A stretch of DNA of 64,000 bases from Candidatus Omnitrophota bacterium (GCA_016201795.1 JACQCF010000010.1:79095-143094); one strand, 5' to 3'; positions 20,801 through 35,800 are shown, counted from the stretch's first letter. Numbers and translations: made by a program. Notes: generated by a model from the letters alone, not told the origin.

Positions 20801-23800
20801 CTAAGACGATGGAACCTGCATTGCCCGCACCTTCAATTAAACCCGCCGGCGAAGTTAACAATCAGCTTTTACTCTTTAGTGAGAATATCGGTCAAGGAAC
20901 AGGGGAGATTAAAAACCGCCCTGAAATAGAGATCTCGGAATCTGCAAGAGCACCAGCAGAGCATCCTGAGTTTGTAATGCCTTTTGTAATCAAGACCGGA
21001 AACGGTGTGGTCATGCGCGACATGACGGTCAGCGAACACAAGGCCTATGAAGAAGGGATCAAATTTCTTCAGAAAGAAAAAGATACCTCCATGTTGGCAA
21101 CAGCAGAGCCCATCTCAGAAAAACCAACTCGCACTAGCCGAGATATATTTAATAATCGACTTTTTGAAATTGTTGAAAACCCTCTTAATCGTTCCTTTGA
21201 TAATGCTCGCCTTGAGAAAATAGACATGAGAGATTCTCTAGAGATAGCTCAAACCCTTTGGAATAAATATCAGAAGGGTGAGACTCTTTCGGATGAAGGA
21301 GTGGAGGGTGCGTTTAAGCGTATGATTATAGAGGGATTGAAAGTAAATGTTGAAAAATTAGGAACCACATTTAAAGCTGATGATTATCAAAATGCCAGTG
21401 CTTTATTAGCGTTAGAATTAGTAAAACGTGCTCTCCACGGACATGAGTCAGTTCGTCAAATCTTCAATGACCCTGCCGGTATCGGTGGTAAAACAGAAAT
21501 GGCTTATGAAGTTGTAGCAGAAGTTTTACGTAGTGACAAAGATGTCCGCATTATCCATGCCACGACCGAGCAAAACGTTGAGACTGCAATTGACAATTAT
21601 GCCAAGCGCGGCCTGGCTGCTCATAGTTTTGTTGATGAAAGGGCAGATAGCGTAGAAAACGGAGTAACTGTTGTCAACACTCGTCAGTTGCTCGAATTAG
21701 CACGCCAGGGGTTGCTTAAAGGCACATTTATTATCGCTGACGAGCCGCAAGCTGGTTTTCAATCTCCATCTTTAATTATGGCTAAACAGCAAGGGTTGGT
21801 TAAGGAATATTTGGAACGTCATCCTGAGGTTCGTGTCCAATATGAACAAGAAATGGCTCATGACAGCAAGCTTTATGAAATCGCTTCACGTCAGGAGAAT
21901 GTTCAAGAGATTATCTCTAAAACACTTGAAAGCGGACAGCAGATACGCCATAGCTTCCAATTTGATACTGAGGCGACCAATCGTATTTTAAGTGAATTTG
22001 AACCAACACCTGAAGCAAAAGCTTTAAACCGCGATAGGGCGCAGCTTAAAGCGTTACTAGAAGGCATTGCCCTAGCGATTAAGGGTGATAAAGTTTATTA
22101 TATCACGGGACTTAATGAAAAAGGGCAAATGGAGTCCTATGCCACGGTTGATGCCCGTACCGAAGTGGTTATGGAGCGTACTTTGTTCGGGGATGAAGGA
22201 TCAGGGCTGTTCACCAGGGCACGTATGGTGGCTATCAAAGGAAACGCGCCATTGGATAAATATGTGGAGGCTTTTGCTGGACGTGAAAATGAAAAAGGCA
22301 GCACCTATGCAGATGCTTTGCAACAATCTCTCGGTTTCATTGGGCTTACGGCTACGGCTAAAGGTTTTGAGGGTTCTTTCCGTTCTATCAAAGCGGGTAC
22401 TATAGAAGTGCGTCCTGAGTTAGGAGTGCTTGACAGTAGGATTGCGGATACGATTCGTTTTGGAGCAGATAAGAGAGAAAGACCAGAATCCATTATTAAT
22501 AATGTTAATGATTTTCTAAACAGTCAAGAAGGACGTAATACCAATCTTACCCTTGTTTCCGAAGTTAATCGTGAAAATAGAGAAAACGCCGGGAAGATAT
22601 TTAGTGAGAGAGCCGGTGTAGAAGTACATGTTATCAATAACGGGGAAGAGTTAAAACAAATTCAAGACCTTATCACTGCAGACCCTGGCAAAAAACGCAT
22701 TGTTATTTTGCAGGTCTATGACGGTAGCAACGTTGCCAAAATGACTGATTTGGCAAAAAAACTCAATGTTCGTGCCAAGGTCATTTTGACCAACGTGGCT
22801 TCTCTTGTAGATATTATGCAAGCTTTTCAGCGTGTCGGTATTGAAGAAAAATTGGCTGAACGCCGTATTCCTGGCAGTGCGCAACAAAGCATTTCCACCA
22901 AAGATATTCGTTTGACCAGCGCCGAAAGGCAGACGTTAGAAACCTTAGTTGATAATGTTGAAGCTGCCCGTCAACTTAAAGAAACAGCGGTGGGTGAGCA
23001 AGACATCCAAGCGGCAGATACGGCCTTAAATCAAGCTCAGGCTCGTTTGCAAACAGAATTGATTCAAGTGGCCCATCACATTCAGTTTGAATTTGATGCG
23101 AATAATACGGTGATGATCGCACGAAACAACCGTCTAAATGGGGAGCTAACTAAGGCTGAACAGGAGGCCATTTATAATGATTTCAATAAAGCTGTTGCCC
23201 GTTTTGATGCGGATTATTTGGCTAAGACCGGTGCGGCATCTGTAAACCGTGCGCTTCTTACCAATAACGGGTATCAGACGTTTGCCTTTAATGAGCATAA
23301 AGAAATTCATCCAGTCAGCATGACAGCCACCAGCACAGCCGTTCAGTTAAACGGTGGCGCTCAGCTACTTCCGGGCCAAACAATCAATCTGACCAATGGA
23401 TTGATCACCAAAAATAATAACATTGTCGGTTTGTTTGCCACACATGATTGGGACGATGAGAAAACTCGGAGTTCTGAGATACTACCTGTTATTAATAATC
23501 AGATCGCATTACCGTTAAACCAGGGCCCACAAAGTTTACTTAATATCCAAGCTTTATATGGTATTGATCGGGATAAACAAATCAGTCTACAAATAAGCGC
23601 CTATAAAGTAGAAGCTACCCCCACTGCTCTAGCTACTCTTAAAGATTTAGGATTAAACCACTATGTGCCTGAGAATGGTTTTGTGACTATTCCTAAACAG
23701 GCATTTGAAAAAGCTTTTGAGATTGATAATGATCTTTATGGTCAATTTGGTTTCTCTCACGCCCAGAACATTATGATTCGCCAGGGTTTCGTGGAGGGCA

Positions 23801-26800
23801 AGGCGCGTGCTATTAATGCTACCCAAAAAATTGACATTTCTACTGAAGAGGGTCAGAAATTAACCCAAGGCCAACAGGCCCTCCAGATTGCTCAAAACAA
23901 GGCCGCAGCCGTGAATCATTTGAAGATTTTCTTACCGGTTCTTAATGGTCGTGGTGTTGATTATGAAGAAGTTGATCTTTCGAACTTGCGGCAGACGGTC
24001 GATCGTATGGCTAGCGCAGCTAAAGAGGATCAACGTTATAAACTCAATTATGACATGGTAACTCCTACAGAACAAAAAGAGCGCATTAACAAGTTGTTCT
24101 TTAATAATCTTATTCAATTGGATGAGAACGGAAAACTTGATGAGGCTCTCGATCCGGAAATTCGCCATCATGTCGAAGAAGCGTACAAAGAATTAAAAGC
24201 GAGAAATATCCCAGTAAGATCATTCATTGCTCGCTTCCAATATAATTTTCGTGATACTAGTTTTGGTGGTCACAGGGGCTCTGGTGGTAAGGAATACGAT
24301 AAAGAAGGCAATGCCATTACTGAACGCGAGGAAAAAGTTGTTCACGTGAATCCTTCTGCGGCTAACATTGCCCCCTATCTTGAAGATACAGAATTGAAGG
24401 ATGTTGATACTGCACAAGAACGCATTGCTGAGACCATCTTGCACGAAGCGTTAAGCCATGTCCGTACTGCTTCTCACTATTCTCAAGTAGAAGTGCGTCG
24501 TATTTGGGAAAAATCGCTTAAAGCCATGGAAATGATGAAACAGAGCGGTAAATCAGTGGTTCAAATTCCTTTAACCAATCGTGAAGGTGTTGAAGAGTAT
24601 GAGGCAATGCGCAATGATAAGGGAGAAATAGTGAGCGCGATGCTGATAAGCATTACTAATACGAGCAAGGAAAATATGCGATTGAAACATCTGGAATTTG
24701 GGAATTATAAGATTTATTTGTTACCCGGACAGAAATTAAATTATAAGGAAGGGAAATTGATAGATAAGGATGGCCAGGTTAAAGATTTCAACCCTAGTCA
24801 GTCAGGCCCACTTACGCTTAGTGACGTTATGGCTAATTTATCAGAAGAAGAAATAGCGGGTATTGAAGCAAAATATTGGGAAGCAGCAGGGCGTATAGGC
24901 GGTAGTAATGAAAAAATTAATCGAATAGCAGAGCTTTTACCGTTTATAAACCACAGCCAGCAAAGTATTGATGAAAAGGAATATGATGTAGCGCTCGACG
25001 CGTACAGAAAAGCTGTTGATCGTTGGCAAGATCGTCAAGATAAGAGCATGCTTTCCTCTTCGAAGGAAGATCACGCCATGGTTACCGCCGATTTATCTCG
25101 TGAAGAAATCGCCAACCGTTTGCACGAATTACTTTCCAGGCCAGCCGCTGAATTCAGGCTTCAACAGCAAGCTAACAACAGATTGTTGATCGAAGCCCAC
25201 AAGCAGATGGTCCGCGCCAATCGGGTTGAACAAGAAAAACTTGCTCAAGCCGTTGCCGATCTTCAAGCCAAAGAAAATCCAACACCAGCAAAAGATTTAA
25301 GTGACGCTTTAAAATTAGCCTTTCCTCAACCAGAAAATATTGAATCTTCTCAGCCGGGTGCGAGCGCAAATCCCGCCATACGTCCTACTTCTCCAGAAGA
25401 ACCAAGTTTGTTGCTCGCACCTGCTGAGGAGGTTGCTCCTGTTCCATCCGCTGAGGTTGAATTCCAGCAGTGGCTTGCAAATTTTGAAAAAGAGCTTGTC
25501 AACGCTGTGCCCAAGGCTTCTCAACAAAAAGCTGTTCCTGCGCCGCGTCTAAGAATTTTACCTTTCGACAGAACCGGTCAGGGGCTGCTTTTTAAGGATG
25601 TGCATAAGAGATTGAAGACCCTTGAGCAGCCGGAACCTCAACTACTTCCTGAATTTAGTATTGGACAATTGCCGTTATTTGTTCCCGTACCAACATTGGG
25701 TGGCAAGAAAATAGAAAAATTACCAGCCGAAATCGACACAAGGACTTTTGAAGAACTGGCTGCTCAAGACGATCTTTTGGCACAAAAGCTCAAGGAGCTG
25801 TATGAACAACAACATGGTCAGCGGGAATTAGCTCAACCTGCGCCGCAACCGACGACTGGTCTGACCGTCGTAAGCGCCCAACCGACTGCTCCTGCCGAAG
25901 CAGGATCGACGTTGTTCCTTACAAGGAATCTCCAAGGGGCAAATCAGGAAAAATTGACCGTCACTGACGAGAAGGACCGGCAATCGCAGTTGGCTATCAC
26001 AGCAGCCTTTAATCAATTAAACAATCCCACCGAGCCAGAGCTGACGCAGGCCTTAAGCAGCGCACTGCCTAAGATTAAAGTAGCGACAGGCACTATTTAT
26101 ACACAGCCCAACACAAAAGCGTTTTTGTGGTTTAATGAGCGCGATAACATCCATCTACTGGAATATTGGCTGGTTCAAGCAGGCGATCACAATTTTGTCT
26201 TGCCCAAGGATTTGAAAGAATGGGCCTTGGCCTTCCCGGCCCTAGAAGGCAAAGTCATGGCCGTGGAAGTTAAACTCAATGACGGCCAAGCGTGGTCTGT
26301 AAAGACTCAGCCTGTTGCGACTGAAGTAGAGCGCGGTATTTCGAATTCCGACAAGTCGATGCTTGCCGATCGGCCGTCGATATCCATGGGGCGCACTCAA
26401 CTCTCTGCCCGTGACACGGCAGTTCATTTGCTTAATTTCAGGATGGAAGTTGCCAATAAGTTAAAACTTCTGACAACGTATCCGGATTTTGATAAAAATG
26501 AGCTGGAGGTTGGCTTCATAGCAGGGCCGTCGGGGATTCCCAGCTTCGAACGCGGCGGGATGAAACGCCAGGTTTACTCGTTTGAGCAGTTCCCCCCTGA
26601 AGGCATAGGCTTCCATACGCATCCGGTCACCAACCATCCGCTTCTGGGGCGTTTGTATTTCAACAGTTTTATTCCGAGCACTCTTGATTTGACTAATACC
26701 CAAGACCGGCTGTCGAAGGAAGTTATTGTCTGGGGCCATCCGGATGTTGGCTTTTTTGCGACAGAGGTGAAGTTTGATCCGGCGACCGACAAGGATGCCA

Positions 26801-29800
26801 TCGCGCTGGTCAGCAAGTTTTCGAACGGGGGCGGAATTTCGCAGATCGAGGTGGCACAGCAGTTGTACGATAAAGGCGTCCTGAAATTTTACCGGCTGAC
26901 GGACAGCAAAGGCAATCCTTACGGCCCGCAAGCCAAACAAGGCCAGGAAATACCTGAATTCGAACCGATCACCATCAACGATGTGCGCGCGTTGTATAAC
27001 TTTGACCGCAAACGCGGACAAGCGTTCGTCATTGATCAGGAAGTTGCAGAGCTTTCGCAATTCAAGGCCCGGAAAGAACAAGAGCTGGAGCTTTTAAATA
27101 AAGGCGTCAATAATTCTAACCTTACTGCGGAAGATAGACGCGTGGCATTGCAGAATGCGATCAATCGATATGCTCGGAATATCGTTCGTTTGGCCAAGGA
27201 AAAAGAAAGCATTGATTTGACTTTGCCGAAATGGGTGATTGGTTCTCAGGCGTCCGACGGGGCGATGACCGCTGAAGAGGTGATTAATGGTGTTGCCGAC
27301 GCTGGTCGATATAAAACCACAATCCAAACACTAAGGCAAAAGTTAGGCCGAGAATTGCTATCCCCATCTCAATCTCCTTCCTTGGCAGGACAAATTAGGG
27401 AAGGTATTAATGGTGCTGTTTATGTGACCTACGCTGATCAATTAAGAACCAAAGACCAAAGATTACAATTATTGATAAACCAAACAGGATTGTTGCCATT
27501 TTATTTGTCTCCTTTGGGGGGGAATATAGCCACGCTAAACAATAACAATCCAAAAGCGATGGCTGCAAGACCCAATTTAATTAATAAGGACACATTCCTT
27601 AGAGCTTCCGCGAAAAATTTACGTCTTGATGAGGTCCAAAATTCATCCATTAGTAGCAATATAACACCGATTGCTGGAGCTGTCAAGGAAGGCGGTATGA
27701 GAGCGCTCGACGGGGCGATGACCTCACAGAATGGCGGGACGGCCACCTCCCGCCGGGATTTCTTGTTGAAGAGGTTCATTCCTGTCGTCGTTGGCGTGGC
27801 TGTTGCGCCGTCTTTATTGGCCCAGCAGACTCAGAAGATTAAATACGCCAATGACAAAAACCATGTCTTTGATTTGCGTACGGCTACAATACTCGATCCT
27901 AAGCAAGAAATTAGCGAAGACCGAATGGGGATTTTCAACAAAGGGAAAGTCGATATTGCCAAAATTTTCTTAGGCCAATGTGTTCTTGTCTTAGCGACCT
28001 TTGAGGGAGATAACCGCGTTGCCATGATGCATCTTGCTTCCGGACGTCTTCTGGATCCAAAAACCGGCAGGAGGGATATTTATGAGTCTTTTGATATAGA
28101 GGATCAAGTACGTAAATTCAAACAGAATTTGCGTGATGCAGGGATCGATTTAGATGATAAAGACCAGAGAAGGAAAGTAACCATTCATACATTCCGCATG
28201 GGCAGCTCTTCCCTTAAACCTAAGTTCTGGCCCACGCTGGATGAGACCCTGACACAGCTTCTCGGCAATTTCGTCAATCACCCGGTCATGCGCGGGTACG
28301 ATGGATTTAAGATGGACTTTAACAGAGTTGATGGGCCGTGGAAAATTAATATTACCGATGTTGCTGATCCAAAGAATGTTTACTATAACTATGAAATTGC
28401 CCCGCGCTCGGGCAAGCTGGTTAAGCAAGACAAGGCCATGACTATCAAACTCGCCGACAGAGCCGTGGTGAGTCATTTGTTGAATTTAGCCCAAACCAAA
28501 CCTATGGATTTTGCCATGGAAGCCAAGAAGGGGCCGGAAGTTCGTGAAATAGCCAAGAGATATTATCCTGTTTTAAGAGACGCCGCGATGTCCGCCAAAA
28601 TCTCCGATTTTGCGGAAAAGGAAACAATAGTAAAGGCTTACCCGGGTGAATTACTTAATCGTTTACATGCCATTACCAAACACCTGGGAAATTCTTTCCC
28701 GAACGACAACGATTGGACGGTGTTTGAATTGATGTTGACGGCGTTAAAGCGTAATTCTCTGATTCAACTGCCATTGAATAAAGTCGCGTTTGTGGGTACT
28801 GATTCCGATGTGTTGCCGAAACTATTTTCTGAGGTTTCACCGCAGTCCAACATCAAGGTCGTGCAGCCGGGTATTTTAAGGAAAGTCTGGGGAGGCCAAG
28901 AACGCTATGTTCATCTTGCCAAAGCCATCCAGCAAGTCGGTTTTGAAGATGAGAATAAGGACATTGATTTTATCTTCAGCACCGGACTATTTAACATGGA
29001 GCTGCAAGAGGCCCAAGGGGACAGGACAGATATGTCTAAACAGGTGATGAACCGTACCAGTCTGCGGCAGTTAGTCGGTCAGGGCACCGCCAATGAACGC
29101 CGCGTTGATATGTGGAAGGCCATCAATGCGCATTTGTCCAAACAGGGAATAGCTGTTATTAATGTTGGACCAATGCGTGACTATAAATTTGAAGCTTTAA
29201 TGAAAGGCGCTGGAGCGCAACCGGAGTGGTTAATAGGAGGCATGTATTTATTTAATAAACAGACAGATCGCGCCATGTTTACACAACGGCCAGAGCAGAA
29301 TGTCGGGTCTTCGACAGAAATGTCTTCCACCACTTTGGGTAAGGATTGGTCGATGGCTTTCCCATGGGTCGATTATGAATTCAAGAAGGCAAAGGATAAG
29401 GCGGAGTTTATTAAGAGCTTCTTTATGGATCGGTTTGGAACCGGTGTTGGTTTGAGCTGGGCGGACGTCAAAGCCTATTTGCAAAAAACAGAACCGGACT
29501 TTGAATCCACCGGCTACGCCGACGGATGGCAGGATCTGGTGGCCATACGTCGGGCGATACAATCGGCCATGGATAGTTTGGATGAAAACCAGTTGATAGA
29601 GCTGTTTACTGCGCCGCCATTCAAAGCACAAATCGCCACAGCGTTTGGCGGCCGGGTCCTATTGCAGAACATGCTTTTATTGTGGAGTTTTGCCCATGGC
29701 ATGAGCACCAAGCAAGACAGAAAAGCCAAAGTCGATGCCTTGCTTAAGACTATATTAGAGAAAGCCGGTGTTTCTAGTGTCGTCCCCGAAAGTATTTATC

Positions 29801-32800
29801 GGGGACCTAGTACTTCAGGAACTTCTGGACCCCCGACAAAAACATTCGGGGGTGACAAAGTTTTGCCTGTGCAATTCCCTGAGCCAGAGCTTCAACCTGC
29901 GCCTGCTATTCGGCCGGTCCCCCTACCCGTGTCATTGCGAGCGAATGAAATGAGCGAAGCAATCTCTTATCCTAATAAAAAGATTGCTTCAGTCGCTTCG
30001 CTCCTTCGCAATGACACCAATGTGGTGGTTATTAATTTCAATCGCATCATGATGAATCCTCAGGCCACGGCCAGGGGGCCAGTAACGAAAACTACAGATG
30101 CCTATAGCCCTGTCCGAGAAGCCCAGCAGATAGCCGATTCTGCTGACGAGGCCATGACGACCATAACTTTAAACAATGGCGTAACAATAGAAACACCTGT
30201 GAAGGAAGCTTCGGAAATAGAAAACCTCATGGGCACGAAAAGAGACCGTCCCGTTGTTATCATGACCACAGAATCTGCCCAGGGTAGTTACTTATTACAA
30301 AATTTTGGAATTACAAAGGGATGGGAATTCTCGCACACCTCGTTGGCTGACATTGAAGAAATTTTGGGGACGAACAATGTTACTGAAAAGATACGTCAGT
30401 TAGTAGCAGAAGAAAAAGTTCGTCGTCAGCAAGAGGATTATACGCCGCGCCAGATCCGTGTGCTCGACTGGGGGGCTGGTTCAGGCACAGCTCTGGAGGA
30501 TTTAGTTAAAGTGTTGGGCGAAGACAGGGAGTATGTTGAACTGATTGCTTATGGCAACATGGTTTATTCTAATCAATCGAACGCAGCCGATAGAACCATT
30601 TTTGATGTGAAAGAAAATTTGGGGGCTTATATTGAACCAGGCAGTATCGACCTTGTCTTTAGTCATTTAGGGCTTTTCCACGCGGGGATTCGGTACATTA
30701 ATGATGATCTCATGGCGCTGGTCCGCGCGGGAGGAACAGTTGTTTTCAATACTGATTCTCCTCAAGCCGTGAAGACGGTATTCCCTGAATCAATGGATGT
30801 AGCGGGGTTAAAAGTCAATTATGTGATTGCTGCTCTGATAAAGAACTTACGGACAAGTTCTGTGGTGGTGTTAAGGCCAGCCTCAGATGCCAGTCCGGTG
30901 ATGACGATGGAGAATGGACAGCCATTGCCGCTGGTCCAGGCACGGGAATTATTAGAACACATGAACAAATGGTTTAAACGTACACCTGTGATGGATGGTG
31001 AACGTGACCGTACCATTAGAACACGGCTTGAAGAAGCCGTCCAATCGAGCCAGCTTAATACAGCCTCTCCTGTTGCCGCATCGTATCGTCGGCTTAAGGA
31101 AGGAGAAATAGCTCAATCCATTGCCCAGTTCTTCAGTGATAAGAACATAAGCGATAAAGCTGATCAGATGAGTCTCGTTAATACTGCTATTGCTTATTTG
31201 CATGCTGGGCAGTGGCAGCCGCATGACGCGGCCATGACGGCAGCGGCGGGAGCAGGACAAGCGGCGGCAGCATCGACCGCGGATATTCTGCAACAGCGTT
31301 TGGGCATTCTCAAGCAGGTCGCCTCTTATGTACAAAAGCATTTTGCCAAACGCCAGGGCAACCCCACGGATGTTCTTTTCAATGATGTGATGTTTGTTGA
31401 TCAGCTTAAGATCGCCGAGAGGATTATCAAAGAACGAATAGCGGTGGCTCCCAATGCTGCAGGTAAATCTCTGGCTGAATTTTTGGCTGCCTTGTCTGTG
31501 GCCCTGGCTGGCCAGCACGCTACATTATTGGGCCGTAACGAAGGTGACATCAGCAAATTCTTTGACGATGTAGACCTGCCGCCTGGCTTTATCGCCACCT
31601 ACCAGCAAATGGCCCAAGAAATCAGTAGCGCCTTTGGCCAAAACATCCGCCTGGTTAACATGGATGAATTAATTGAAGAATATCAGATGGCTCTTGCCAA
31701 AGGAGATGTCCAACAGGCCAAATTACTAGAAGAACAGATTAAGCAAGCTCTTGACGATACCAGCGCCATCAAATTCTTCTCATTGACCAGCCGCGGCCAT
31801 CTGCCGCAGCGTATCAAACACGATCCTAAACTCCTGGCTGCCCTGCAGTCTTCCAAATTAAACGGCATAACGATCCTGGATGAGGCCGATGACCTCTTGT
31901 TGCTTGAGGTAACCTATATCGCTTCTGAGCCGGTGAACGTGGCCAAGAGCGACATAGCCAAAAACATGGTCAAGAAGATCAAGGAACTCTCCAAGCTTAT
32001 TAATATTGAAGGTATCAAGCCAGGCAAAGGCAAGGCTATCAAGAGAGTTGCCACCATTAAAGAATTTGAAGAGGCGCAGCAGAAGAAAGAATTGGCCGTC
32101 TGGTTTAGCGGTCAGATCGGCGTCAATGGTTTGGCCGGTACGCCGGATATGCTGGTGACCAAGGCGGTGTTTGAGCATTTGCACGATTATCCGGCTTATT
32201 TTGTGGAAAGCGTCATTCGCGGCATCATGGAACCGATCAATACAAGACTGGTCCCTGCAGAAAAAGACGGTAAACTCCAGCTGGTGTCCCGCAGCCGCAT
32301 CGGTGAACCTCAGAAGGATTTGATTTTCAGCGAATTCCCTTATCTGATCGTCCAGACCTTGAAATATAACCAGCAGAACTCCGGCCGTAAGATTGTCATT
32401 GATGATTTGCAAGTGACCAGCGCCAGCGTTTACGAAAATCCGATCCAAGAAATCCTTCAAGGCCCCATCGGCGGCGCGACCGCTACCAAGAGCACAGCCC
32501 AGCAAATCATTGAGGCCAAGACAGGTTTGCGCATTGAGCCCGACGATATTATCGGTGGCGAAAGCAATTTGATTGAACAAATGACCTGGTCTGGCCAGCG
32601 TCAAGTGGTGGTTGAACCTGTCGATTCCGTACTCAAACGCGCTTTAGAGCTAGTGCGACAAGCCAAGAGCAATCATCACGGCTCCTTGGTGTTTGCTGAT
32701 AACTATGAAACTCTTCAAGCTACGGCCAAGCTGTTGCGCCAGGAATTCGGCAACGACCAGGTGGATGTTATTGATGGAAGCGAGTCCGATATAAGCAAAT

Positions 32801-35800
32801 ATGAGAATGAGATAGGCAGCAAGCAGCGCATTGTGGTGGCCTTGCCTATCGCCGCCAAACAGCACGACTTTAAAGGCAATATTGATTTGATTATTCTTTA
32901 CGGCGAGCGCTGGACGTTGACCGATGGCACCCACGCAGTCAACCGTATCCTACGCCACGCAGGGGAAACCGGCAGTATTACTGTGTTGACTCAGAAGGAT
33001 GAGCTTAATCAACTCATCGATCAGATTAAGGAACTGACGCCAGATATTGAACGTTTATTACCGCAGAACTCCTCTTATAATGACCTTAAGCAATGGGTGA
33101 ATGATTTTAATAACAGGACCAGTGATCCGGTTGAGTTATTCAAACTGGCCATACGTTTCCATGAATTGCGGCAGCGTTCGCACGCGCATGAGCATGCGGT
33201 GGATACCGTCTTGCGTAACAGCCGTCAGACCTGGCTCTTGAATAAATTAAGGGAAATGGTTCAGTTGCCATCAGCGACGGAGGCTGACAAGCAGGCTTTG
33301 GATTATCTGCAGCAGCGCGAAGCCGTAGGGCATTACGGTTCCACCATGCAGGAGCTTAATACCACTGCCTTGACCGGACGCGATTTGGTCAAGCGCATTT
33401 CCACCATGCGCTGGGATGCGTTAGAATCCATGGCCAATGATCTTTTAGCTTACAGCGAGCCTTCCAGCGGGGCACCTGTCAGCGACGGTATTCGTCGATT
33501 AGCGCAAGAAACGCTGGATTCGATCCAACAGCGCCGTCTGAAGGAAGCCGCCGAATTTATGGTGTATCAGCCAAGCCAGGGCGACTCGGTCAAGGAATCA
33601 GGTGCTTATGAGAATCCTGATCATGAAGCGATCTTGCGCGGGGCGTTGTTCTTAGGTGATGGAATTTTGCCAAGCCGTATCAGCCGTGCCTTTAATGAAC
33701 CACAACAAAGCATAGCTTCGGCCCTTGCCAAGGGTGTCAGCCAGCAGCGTGTTTCTGAATTTAGTGAGCAGGAGATTTCCCCTGAAATGGCCGTCAAAAT
33801 GCTTCATAGCGGTCGTGGCCTGACGGTTTCGCCTACCAACGATGCTTTAACTCAAAATGGCTACTTGTTCTTAGGGATGTGGAAACATCTACAGCTCATT
33901 CAAGGACTGCATGGTCAGCAATTCCGCCGCCTGGCGGATAGGCTGGGAACGGCTTTAATTGGTACCAAAGAAGATGCGTTTAATATAGCACTGGCTTTGT
34001 GGGATTTGAATCTTAAGGATGTAGAAGAAGTCTTGCAATTGGTCAGCGTGGTCGACGGTATTAATACCATTACAGGCGCCAACATAGCGTTGTCTGATGT
34101 GGTGATTGCGCTTGGTTTAAGCCGCGGTAGTTCACAGCAGCTTATCAAGGAAGTTGCCCGCCTGGCAGGCGTGGCGCTGCCAGCTGCCCTTAACGAATAT
34201 TTAGATGCAGTGGTTGGAAAGATTCAAGAAGCCCAACGGCTCCAGAGCCGCATACAGCAACTGCAACTTTTGATGAGTAAGGGAGGATCGTTACCACAAC
34301 GGTGGAGCCTGTGGCGGCAGTTACAGGAAGTTCAAGCGCTGTTGCAGAAGAATCATGCTGAGCGCAGGGGGGCTTTGGAGAAAATTACTTACGCAAATCT
34401 GGAAGCCATGAGAGGTCAGGGTCGCGTGGTGGATGCGCTGCGCCTGTTGGGTGTTAATATTCCTGAGAATCAGGTCAATGAAGAGCAGATTAACCGCACC
34501 TTGAATTTCCTAAGAACTAAGTTGGGCGATGATATCAATAAGATGAATATCACAGATATCGTGGCCGTTATCGGGCAGCCATTAGGCGCCTTATTGTTGC
34601 TTGAGAATCCAGACAGGTCCAATCCGTTGGTCACCGCTATTATAGAGAAGGCGGAAGTCTCTGCCGAATCCATTGACGCCTATATTAAGCGTCATGAGGG
34701 GCAAGCTGATTTCAAATCCAAAGCCAGGAAATTGCAGGCATTGGTCGCTAATAACAGTAGCGTACCGTTAGCCCGCGTGGTGGAAATAATCGGTCTTAAA
34801 CAGGCAGCAGGGTTAATTCAACAAACAGATGAGGATACGCTGAAGTTAGTGCGTGAGGTTGCGGCAGCCGCTGGGGCCAGTGAAGAACAGAAGATGGAAT
34901 TCTGGACAAATCTGTTAGCCCGCCAAGATGCCCAGCCTCAGCAACTGGAAGATGCCGAATTTTGGTTGAAATATGGGTTGTCGTTAAGGAGTATTTACGA
35001 TAACCACGACCGCCTGGTGCCGTTAAAAGCTGTTTTCGTCGGCCAGCCGGTGCTTGATTCGCAAAATAAGGAAGCCTCTATTGATTCTTATTACCGTTAT
35101 TTGGCCCAGCAGGCATTTTTGAATGAGAGATTGGACGAGTTATTGGCCGCTGGCGGTTTAGATCGTATCAACCCTCAGGACATCGAAGCCTACATTAAAA
35201 CTCAAGCCTTGCAGTTGCGTCAACAGGCCAATGAAACCAACACCATACCGGCTGATGGCCGCAGTGTCAGGATTGCCGGGATTAACCAATTAGCCCTGTC
35301 GGGTACAGATACTGAGTTTATAAAGACTGTTTTACGCGTTTTCCTTAAGGCAGACAAGAATGTTAAGGCAGTGGCTTTCGTAGCCAATGATAGGCTGATT
35401 CAGGGCAAAATCTCCGGCAAACTTCAGCCTTATGGAGCACTGCCAGTTCAGTTCAGCCAGGGTTCTGGACTTTTAATCATGCGTCCGGCCGATTTCAATA
35501 ACCCTCAACTGATCACCCAATTAACCCAGCTTGCGTTTTTGGTTGAGCCTGAAAAGCCAGCTTCTACACAACTTGATGAACCTACTGTGCCGATAGCGCC
35601 CCAATCTCAAAATAATTTGTTTACTAACTTATCTACCCGAATGTTCAGCTTGGGCGCTGCCATCGGACTGTTCTTTGCCGCGGAGAGTTTAAAAGCGCAG
35701 GATAATAGCTTCCCTGAGGGCAAGAAAGCCATTGCCCAGTCTACCTCTAATAATAGGCCCAGACAGTGGCCCACAGATGAAGGCGGTCAGACTAGCCGTA

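Noticed and set aside
26590-26720. Possible JAMM/MPN metalloprotease motif (GFHTHP...STLD)
   Set aside because: Spacing does not match the H-x-H-x7-S-x2-D consensus. Likely a chance resemblance.
2994-30015. The four palindromic repeat copies as a CRISPR array
   Set aside because: Copies are 1.3, 5.4 and 20 kb apart with no regular spacer periodicity. Two are inside a CDS, and the repeats are long compound hairpins, not short direct repeats.
31858-32604. 248-aa minus-strand ORF and other 60-200 aa minus-strand ORFs across 9-64 kb
   Set aside because: Antisense to the helicase-like module and other parts of the giant ORF. No start signals, and frame-1 sense strand carries the recognisable protein motifs.
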